From: Lytechinus pictus
Lineage: Eukaryota
Direction: 5' to 3'
Length of the DNA stretch: 64,000 nt
Assembly: GCF_037042905.1 (NCBI RefSeq)
Contig: NC_087245.1
Coordinates: 27,778,001 to 27,842,000 of the forward strand
The notes under the pieces were generated by a model, which was not told where the DNA came from, searched no databases, and saw only the letters and a list, made by a program, of their open reading frames with translations. The translations under genes were made by a program, and so were the position numbers. Positions within the stretch are counted from its first letter, which is position 1. Each line of letters begins with the position of its first letter. Below, in pieces: positions 54,501-64,000 of the stretch.

Positions 54501-55017
54501 CTCTAGCATGTATCAACAAATTTTTACCCCCTAGACCACGGAATACGAATCGAAATAGGATTCTAGGGCGGATAATGAGTCAGTTGTATCCATTTTCAGT
54601 GGATGAAGGCCATCTTGGACGCCATCTTAAAAATAACCACTTTCCCGGATGCGGATTTTGGTAGATTCTTAGTATGTTATTCCTGAGGTCAAAAAGTACA
54701 AAAATTCGTTGAAAATCATTTGTTGCCATTTGTTCCGGGTAAGGGTATTTTTGGTCGTATATTGACCCGTCTATTATGGTGATTTGCTTCTTTTCAGGTG
54801 AAACTGCATCAAGACAAACCACATGATGTTACTCTTTTGTATTATATGCTGATATCACATGCGGTATCATATTGTGTTTTTATTTAGACTATGCTTATGT
54901 TATGTTATGAATTGCATTTATATGATTCATGTTATACAAACACATTCTTGTAAATATGTATTATACATATATTCATTCATGTAAATATGTTAATGTTGTT
55001 AATAAACTCAACTCAAC
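48545..55017 (+). mobile_element. Decayed CR1/L2-group LINE (APE endonuclease and RT, 48545-51057); 3' UTR interrupted by an Academ-like element
   Basis: EN motifs IYKKP, LIGDFN, PTRVT...SSVMDH, SDHFPIF. RT motifs NYKPISVLP, HQYGFR, FIDFKKAFDTINH, GVPQG..LGP.LFLLYINDL, FADDS. Multiple frameshifts. AATAAA(CTCAA)n tail at about 55001-55017. Confidence 0.85.
51257..54773. mobile_element. Academ-like non-autonomous foldback element (3.5 kb)
   Basis: Termini TAGACGGGTCAAT / ATTGACCCGTCTA with TTAT on both sides. Several hundred bp of inverted homology and internal repeats of about 180 bp (AATCCAAGATGGC motif) in opposite orientation in the two arms. Confidence 0.75.
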
Positions 55018-55412
55018 CAAACATAAATTTGAAAAACTAATGCAGATAAAAGGAAAGATTTAAAAAAAAGTACGCACACACAACCCCCCCCCCACACACA
55101 CACACACATACAGTTGAGGCCAAACGCTTACATACACTCATGGAATTCAGTGAAATTTGTTCACTTGCCAAAAATCGTGAAATTTACTATACATGTAATA
55201 TAAATACTACCATGACGAATTTGGTATCAAATGAAGAGGGTATTAAGCTCTTTCACATGATTGGGATGCTGTTGGGATTAAAGTATATTTCAGGTGGAAT
55301 TTTCTTTGAGGAAACTAGTAATATTCTTGCAAAATGTATTCTATTGTTTATTATATTTTCAAACATCGTTTCATATAAGTATATACATGTCAAATCTATG
55401 AGTTTTATTATA

Positions 55413-55672
55413 TCATCATAACTTAGAAAGTATATGGATCTAGTTTATGGAACATAGGCATTAGGGTAATCAAGTATAAAAGTTTGTTTTGCACACATCT
55501 TAGGTCGCATGATCATGGTCAAAGGCCATTTTAGTCAATGGACATAGTATTTTATTATTAAATGAATCTTTTCTTTTGTGAATAATAATTCTATAGCTCT
55601 GTTTTTAAAGTCAGCACTGCTGCTATATCAAGTCGTGTAATGCAGGCGAGACTGTCACAGGCTTTCCACTTG
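55413..55672 (+). mobile_element. HINE/DINE-1-like 3' fragment
   Basis: Homologous to the 3' end of 44842-45703 (GTCAGCACTGCTGC...ATGCAGGCGAGACTG...CCACTTGT). Confidence 0.7.
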
Positions 55673-56944
55673 TGTGTGTGTGTATATAAACACACACACA
55701 CACATATATATAAATAAATATATATATATATATATATAATGGGTAAAAAAAATCCGAGAGCTAATAAACACTGTCGGTCACTCATGGTTGGTATTATACA
55801 AGCGCAATATATGGTCTATGAGACGGTCGTAGCTTCTATAAAGTCCTCCTTTATTAGTTGTCTAGCTTTCGATCTTTGATCTTCATCATACTGTAAGTAT
55901 ACAAAACACAGAGTACAATAGCCTAAATTTATTGCTTAAAATATTTACATTTATAAAGGTATATGATTTAATCGTTTTTTGTTTATATTACAGTATTGGT
56001 ATTATTAATATTCTTTTGACCATTCAAATTTTCATCGTTATTGAAATTATCATATACCATTATTACTAATATATACCCTTAACACGACTTATGCTATTTT
56101 CATCACTATAACAACTGTCATCATTTTTAATTATCATTATTATTGTTTATATTACCATACTAAGATGACAATAAATTGTCGTCATAACAATCGGTAAAAA
56201 TGATCTCAAAATGTTTTGCTTAATTCAACTAAACAGTTAAAGCGCAACAGAGAAAATGCTAAAACATTTAATTTGTGGCACTTGCTGATATCGACAGTTT
56301 TCTGCATATCCGTCTTGTGAAACTGAGAAAAAAAATCATAGTAAATAATACTGATGATGATGATGATAATGTTAATACACAGTAAAACACTTTTTTTTTA
56401 AAGAAATGTTTTCTTTTCCAACTAGCTATACACCTTTTAGTCTCGAGTCGGATTTCCCGGGTTTTTTAAATATATTATACGATTTTACTATTTTCTGCCA
56501 TATTATCTTCATTGTTTTAATCACTAAACTTGATGTCCATATTTTTCTATGAATGAAATATTGATATTATTTTTGAAATTTCTGGTATTGAGTAGAGGGC
56601 CAATGTTGCACGAATTGTAGATGAGTGCAATATTGACCCGGACGAGTGGATTTTTGTTTTCTGCTTTTAAATGAAATGAAGCCAATATATATGTTTTGTC
56701 TGTATGTATGGGCGTGCCCCCCCCCCCCCCCACAAAAAATGATTTAACAATTATCTCACTTATCACACACATCAATTAGCATGGTTACTATGACTCTTTT
56801 TTAAGATCATTATAATCATAGGAATGCAGCTTACATGTAACATTGTATTCCATTGAACTTTTCATTTAGTGAAATCATGTGCCTGCCACTCAGAGTAGTA
56901 GGTCCATGATGAAACTCAGGATCCTCTCAGGCTATCAGATTACA

Positions 56945-58280
56945 ATGAACAAACATAATTTCGGCCTGTAAGTAATCTGAAGTATGTATCAAAGCTCGTG
57001 GAAGGTGCCATGCATATACGCAAATAATGAATCACCTTGACCGCAACTCTCTTCTTCCTATTAATCAGTCAGCCTACAGACAGTATCACAGTACTGAAAC
57101 GACACTGTTAAAGAATTAAGAGTAATATTCTCATGGCTATGGATGATAAGAAAGTCATCTTATTACTTTTATTAGATCTTAGTAGCGCATTTGATACCAT
57201 TGAACATACTAACCTATTGCATACATTTAACAAATACTTTGGTATTAAGGGTGTAGTACTTGACTGGATAGAATCATATTTAACTGACAGATGTCAGCGG
57301 ATCCAAATTGATGAAACTGTTTCTGAAATGTTCTCAGTACCTTTCGGAGTCCCGCAAGGGTCCCGTCTCGGCCCTCTACTGTTCACTTTATACACAAGTC
57401 AGCTCAATACAACATTATACATAGTATATTCCCTAAAGTATCTTGTCACTGCTACGAAGATGACACACAAGTCTATCTGTCTTTTACACCAAACTTGCTT
57501 GCTCAGCACCAGAGCATCTCTCTTCTAGAAGATTGTGTTGATTACATACGTGAATGGATGCTGCACAACAAACTTATGCTAAATGACAATTAAACAGAAT
57601 TGCTAGTTATCGGTACATCTAAACAACTGAATAAGCTAGATTTTGACGGGATATCAGTTGGCAGTTCAGTCATAGAACCAAATTCTAATGTAAGAAATCT
57701 TGGAGTATTTTTTTGACTCGCAATTGAATGTGGAAGCACATATTACCAATGTGTGTAAATCTTCATTTCATATGATATACAACCTCAGACGTATACGAAA
57801 ATACTTTGACGATGAAAGCATGAAAACAATTGTCCATGCATGCATTATTAGTAAGGTAGATTATTGTAACAGTTTGCTGTATGGGCTCCCCTTGTCTCAA
57901 ATCGGGCGTCTTCAGAGAGTACAGAACGCATGTGCACGGCTGATTTGTAGTCAATCTAGATTTTCAAGGATCTGGCTTCCAGTTCGCCAACGAATATCTT
58001 TCAAGATTTTGTTAATCGTATACAAGGCACTAAGTGGCCAAGCCCCCAGTTATATTTCTGAGCTTTTACAAAGAAAAGTTCACAGACACTCTCACAACTG
58101 CGTAGTTGTCATGATAATTTGCTCCTTCACATCCCCACTCATAATACAAAGATAACTTTGGGAGGTCGTGCTTTTGCCTGTGCAGCCCCAAAATTATGGA
58201 ATGGTTTGCCGTATGTAATAAGATCCTGTCCATCAGTAGAAACGTTCAAACTTAAACTAAAAACCTATCTGTTCAAATAA
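56945..58280 (+). mobile_element. Decayed L2-clade LINE RT fragment
   Basis: NFRPVSNL, QSAYRQYHSTETTLLK, LLDLSSAFDTIEH, GVPQGSRLGPLLF, DYCNSLLYGLP, LQRVQNACARL, WLPVRQRI.FKILL, GGRAFACAAPKLWN. Contains stops and frameshifts. Confidence 0.88.
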
Positions 58281-58803
58281 TTCCCATACAAGATCTTCAC
58301 CCCCTTTTCTAAATCTGTTCTCAGATCAGTATATATTATTATTATATTATATTATAACGAATATACATAGAGTTCTGACAAGTTACAAAGGGAATAATGA
58401 TATCAATAATAACAATACTAATAATGACGAAAATAATAATTATAAATCATAAGGTCTAAATGCGTGATGCGAGTCCGAAGCGCGAGCTGAAATTTGTATC
58501 AAAAGGAACATTTTAAGGACCCTTGGTATGAATTCATCAGCTAGTAGTCAGGTTCACTATGTTCATATTTGGGCTTTCGCCGGATTTTTTTTTTAGAAAT
58601 TGAAAACTATACATTTTTTTGAAAGGTTATATGAGGATTCAGAATAACAATGTTTCTATTTGCACCGTGACCTATATGGCCTCCATCTTGGATTTTTCAA
58701 AATGGCCGCCAAAAGCAGGGTTTTCGACAATATCTCAGCTTCCAAGTAACCTAGAATCATGATTTTGACACCTAGACCGCCATTTCTGAGGACAAGGAAT
58801 ATA

Positions 58804-60221
58804 CAGCGCGTCCCCCGAAAATGTCCCTCTGACATAGGGCTGAATTAATTATAAAATGTGGTAATATTCTCAAATAAATGTTCATGAGTAGAAAGCTCAC
58901 TTCATGATCTAATACCCCTTTCATAAACCCAATTATGCGGCTAATAGCAGCATAATTTGGTCGTAAAATCGGAGGAGGACCAGAGTTATCCGCATTATTT
59001 TGATGCTGCAAATCCTGCAATTATCCGCATAATAGCGGCATCGGGACCAGATTTTGACTTTATGAACGCATTTCAAAGTAATGCGGATAATTGCCATGGT
59101 GCGGTCACAAGGTCACCCTTTTCCAACACAACCGCATCGGAGGGGTGTGTGCGGTTGCCATGACGATTAAATCCGCCTTTTTCAGGACGGGCGCTCGTAA
59201 AAATAGTGCGGATTTTTTTCGGAGTTTGTGAACGCAATTTTTATTGAATTATCCGCATTACTCTTAGGCGGCTAATTGGAGGATGGGTTTATAAAAGGAG
59301 TTTAACTTCTATGAACATTTTTCATTGGTTGCGCTTCAGCGGTTTTGAATACACACTCTGTTACGTAACAGTGGTGCATTTTAGCCCATTCCAAGTTTGC
59401 AGCATTTATGCATTTCTGCATTGTCTATGGCATATTAATCCCCATTCTTACATCCAGGATCTGAGCAGGGACATTTCCCTGATCCTATCCAGGCTCATCA
59501 AATCATAAACTTTGGCATGTTCAGAAGGACAAGAAACATAAAAAAATTAGCTTGTTTGATGATTGATAAGGGGAATCAGTGCACCAACTTGGAAAAAAAA
59601 TGTGAATGATAAATGAGTAAAATAAGCTGAAATATAAAGGGGAATCCACAAGTTAATCACCCTTTGCGAAAAGGAACTATACTAGTATACCAGAGAAAAA
59701 TTTGACTTTTTTCTAAAGGTTACATTGAATTAAATTGACCACAGTAGCTTATTAAGAAAAAATAAGTAATGAAAACAAAAATGCAGTATTAGGCATGAAT
59801 TAGGCATGAAACAGAATGACCCGTTGTCCTAATCATTGTGCATCTCTTGTTATCAAACATCAAATGAACTGTCAAATGTTGTTTTTGCCCTTCTGAACAT
59901 GCTCAAGGTTGTGATTTGATGAGCCTGGTTTAATAGATGATGGAGATTTCCCTGGTCAGAATGGTCAAAGGGGGTTGATATGCTAGAAAGTGCAGAACAC
60001 ACAGCAGTGCTGCATGCATGCAAACTTGGAATGGACTGAAAAGCACCACTGTTACATAATAGACTGTGTATTCAAAACGACTGAAGCGAAACCAATGAAT
60101 TGTTTATAGAAGTTAGACCATGATATGAGCTTCCTAGTTCCATACATTTCACTGAGAATAATTTTTATTTTTTGAAGTAATTTAGCCGCATATCACAGGG
60201 ACATTGTTTGGGGACGCGCTG
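58804..60221. mobile_element. Tc1/mariner-type non-autonomous element with long inverted arms
   Basis: TA|CAGCGCGTCCCC...GGGGACGCGCTG|TA. Segment 59306-59530 is inverted at about 59885-60115. Confidence 0.75.
58913..59302. mobile_element. PIF/Harbinger-type MITE nested in the Tc1-like element
   Basis: TIRs TACCCCTTTCATAAACCC / GGGTTTATAAAAGGAGTT with a TAA TSD. Removing it restores symmetry with the host element's right arm. Confidence 0.7.
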
Positions 60222-60846
60222 TATTGTTATCAAAATAATCAACTTTATACAAGAAATAAAAACACATTATAATTGACGCGCTGTATTGTTATCATTATAA
60301 TTGATTATAAAAAGCAAGTTTGACACATTTGTTTAACATTTACCTTACTGAAAGATATGTTTATTTCGTTTTATTTGCAACACTTAATTTGAATTTTAAT
60401 GTGTGTTTGAGTCTGGAAATACTTAATATAAGACAAAAAAATGTCATTAGTATTTTTTTCTTGATAAAAGTTGATTTTAACAATTTTATATCGTCATAAA
60501 CAGGGCCAATACGAGCTGAGATTTTCATACAGACCCGAAAGGGAATACTTTAGGCATTGTTTGACATTTAGGAAAATGGTATTCAGGTACAAAAGATCAA
60601 CAAAAAGCTGTTTTCCATCGATGACCCGATGGAAACAGAATCACGATTACAACAAATATCATTGATGTCATACATTAATTTTGGTCAGTAAATAGATTAA
60701 CCGAAATAGTTATCCAAATGTTTGAGGGCCATGGCGTATTGTATCTTTTTTTGGGAGGGGGGGGGCGGGCGACCCCCCCCCCCCGTCCCCCACCGTTGTA
60801 CCCACGGATGCCCATGCCTCAGTCAATATTACCGCCACTGTAATCG

Positions 60847-63699
60847 CTATGGAATATCCCGTTTGCTAATTACCCTTGCTAACATCATCAAAATGAAGGT
60901 CACTATATCGACGGCAGCAAATAAGTCGAAACTCACATCTAATGAAGAAAATGCATCAGAGATGGATCCTGCATTGAAATAAAAAATAATAATTTGATGA
61001 ATACGTAAAGAACAGCAAATCACATGCACACAAAAATCAACCTACACCCACATTTTTGTATACACAACCTTACACACACCTGCTCGAGGATGTTTTTCAG
61101 GAAATTATCTGTTAGAGAATTATGCACTGGCGTGACAGTAGGAATCGTGTCGACCAATAAAAAAGAAAAAAAAATAGTATGTAACCAGAACATATGCCAT
61201 CGTGTATCGAGGACCTTTGAACCGTATGTTAATGTACAGGATTTTTTTTTTATAATTTACAATTGAGGGCGAACCGAGAACGTCACACAACATCATCAAA
61301 ACATATCGACATTCCGTAATCTATCAGTATTCTAAACTTGAAGTGGGAGAAGAGATTCGAGTTGACCTATTAAATTTCAAGACCTTGCTGTGAATGTAAG
61401 ATACTCGGTGGACTTTCAGACCGTCGAAAGGTGAAAAATTGTCTGAAAGTTATTCTGGGAATTCTATCTTTGGTCATTTTTTAAATATCATGTTAACAAC
61501 TATTATGATCTATTGAATATATGATTGTGATTTCTTTAAAGTTGTCAGTGGATCACTATTGCAGGCCAGGTGTTGGCATGTATTCTGATGTTTTGATTCG
61601 GCCGGGATTTCATAATTCTAGGCTGGATCTTAAAATCCCAGGAATTGTATGAGTTTAGGGCAGATACTGAGTATCAAAGAATTCTGAGTAAAGCAAAATA
61701 TGTAAGAACTCTCAGATCCAAGGGCAGATTTAGACAGCTAGCTCCGTCTTACAAAGAGTTACGATTGATCCGATCAACCTCAATTTATATGGAGATCCAA
61801 CAATGTCAATTATTTTACAGTAAATTTCTTCATGTCCTTTTTAAAGGAGAATGAAACTCTTGGAGCAAGTTAGCTTTTGTGAAAGCAGAAAAATCAAAGA
61901 ATAAGATCAACAAAACTTTGAGAAAAATAGGACTAGCAATAAAAGAGTTATGAGCATTTGAATGTCGAGATCACTAATGCTATGGAGATCCTCCCATTGG
62001 CAATGCGACCAAGATCTGTGATGTCACACACGTACAACTCTCCCATTTGGACACTGAAAATATACCCCAAAACATCTCTTTTTGCTCATTCTAATCATAT
62101 GACAAACGATTCATCAATGATATAATGTTGTGAAACCTCTGTACTTGTCATCTCATAAAGAGAACACCTCACCTTGTGATAGACTCTATAAAAGTGAGAA
62201 TATAAGTGAAATAAGTACTAAAGTAATGAGGGAGTTGTACGTGTGTGATATCACAGATCTTGGTCGCATTGCCGTTGGGAGGATCTACATGGCACTAGTG
62301 ATCTCAATATTCGAATGCTCATAACTTTCTTATTATTCATTCAATCTTCCTCAATATGTTTCTTTGATTTTTCTCTTTGATATGGATTCAGCTGGTTTCA
62401 AGGGTTTCATTCTCCTTTAAACAAAAAAGGAGTACACTGAATTAAAAAGAGAGATGAATATATGAATATACACCATATTTAGAAAAAATATTTTTTAGCA
62501 AACATGCATTTTCGATTTTTTTTTTTACGATGGTGGCTTTCCATAGTTCTTGTTGGTTGGATTAATCGCAAACTCTTTGTAAGACAGGTCCTGTAGTATT
62601 TGTATACCTGCCACGGTGCCTCCTAGAAAAGCTCCAACTCCACCGGATATCTCAAGTAACCCGACGTAGACAGAAACATTTTTATCGGACACTCCACTCT
62701 TTATGGCAATCATTCCCAGTACAGACCTACCTGCCACCGAAGCTCCCGAACAGAAAGCCGCAATTATCATGATGAAGAAATATCGAATGAAAACATTGCA
62801 TAACAATGCAAGTATATTCAAAATAGTTACAAAGCAATATAGAGTGACAGGATCAACGAGTCTGTGAGTTAAGACACCAGACATGATACGTCCGCATAGG
62901 TTGCCAACGGCAGCACCGAAGGTTATGAAGATTGTGTTTTTGACTGAAAGTCCTCTCTGGAGGCAGTATGGCACCAGGAAAGTATGCCAACCAATGTATA
63001 CAAACTCATGAAATGCATAAGACAAAACAATGAAAATTGAAGCGGGATTTCTCCTAAATTCAGTGTGTTTTAACCATGACATTATCTTGTTTATTGTTTT
63101 GTCATGATTATTGACATTTTCCTCACAGTTCATTTGAGTGGGCTCTCCTTGAGAAGATGGATCCGTTTTAATTTTGTCTTGAGAATCTCGTCCACTGCAA
63201 CAGTTTGTGACGAGTTCACTTTGTTCGTTATCATCTGCATCTGAAGCGTTTCTGGTTTCATTTTTTAATTCGCCTTTGTAGCTGTAGGGAGACGCTAATT
63301 CAGATACCTTGGGGCATGATACATTATGATGTTGTAAAGTTTCTTTATCGGCGACGTTGAAGTCACGTTCACCACAGGGAAGATCTCCTTCAGATGGAAC
63401 GGAATCCGATGAGTTGGTTTCCGAACCCTCCATGTGCAATGATGCCACAGTACCAGGACGTTCTGCAGGTATCCTCACGGCCAGGACAAAAGGGACTATG
63501 TTAAACATGATTCCACTAAAGATCAGTAGAACTCCCCGCCAATCATATGCTACAAGGAGACCCTCCGCTAACATAGGGAAAAGACAGATACCGACAGGAT
63601 AGCCACACGTTGAAATGCTGAGTAAGAGGTTGAAATTCGTTCCAGCCAAATTACACAGTGTCATGAATGATACGATCCAAACGATGCTGTACCCGAGGC
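60847..63699 (-). CDS. Monocarboxylate transporter (SLC16/MCT family, MFS), 3' part; exons 62608-63699 and 60847-60968, 5' exons outside the window
   Basis: GLGYSIVWIVSF...STCGYPVGICLFPMLAEGLLVAYDWRGVLLIFSGIMFN, large cytoplasmic loop, GNLCGRIMSG, then GAFLGGTVAG|SISDAFSS joined by a phase-1 GT-AG intron. This is the SLC16 motif layout. Confidence 0.85.
61845..62416. mobile_element. Kolobok-type MITE in the SLC16 intron
   Basis: TTAA|AGGAGAATGAAAC...GTTTCATTCTCCT|TTAA, with long internal inverted arms (about 61945-62040 vs 62232-62330). Confidence 0.8.
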
Positions 63700-64000
63700 C
63701 TGAGGATTGTGAACAACAACATCAAAAGAAAATGATAGTGAAAGTTTCAATTTACAAAATGTTCAACCTATTGCCTTGATAAAAATCACCATTTATGACG
63801 TCCCAAATCCAAAACATAAAATTCTAATAACTTTCTTAATCTTTATTGGACTTTCCTCACACCTTCACCAATATTATTCATTATTTTTCTGCTATTCTCT
63901 CTTCAGGGTGAACTTCCCTTTGATAAGGTATATTAAGACAGCAATATTTCCCACATATCCGTAGGATTTCATCATTTTTAATAGGCAACTTAAAATCACA

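Overview
This is AT-rich, intron-containing, repeat-dense animal genomic DNA. The repeat landscape suggests a marine invertebrate, possibly a sea urchin, but this is inference only. Three host genes can be reconstructed by splicing. (1) A minus-strand Cas1/CASD1-family O-acetyltransferase membrane protein (about 590 aa, 2833-6749) whose motifs resemble plant RWA more than animal CASD1. (2) A complete six-exon METTL1/Trm8 tRNA m7G46 methyltransferase on the plus strand (13054-27419, 246 aa), largely missed by the ORF track. (3) The last two exons of a minus-strand SLC16/MCT-like transporter (60847-63699). The most striking region is 31752-39200, an IS3EU-like DNA transposon. It has a TACGG left end, 24 copies of a 20-bp subterminal repeat, an intact spliced DDE integrase-type transposase (392 aa) and a convergent intact HECT E3 ubiquitin ligase exon. 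The rest is nested mobile DNA: hAT, Kolobok, Harbinger, Tc1 and Merlin-like MITEs with visible TSDs, Helentron-associated HINEs, an Academ-like foldback element inside a LINE 3' UTR, and decayed CR1/L2-group LINEs. METTL1 intron 1 also carries a palindrome cluster and a possible nested antisense non-coding transcript. Family assignments come from motif recognition only; no database searches were run.
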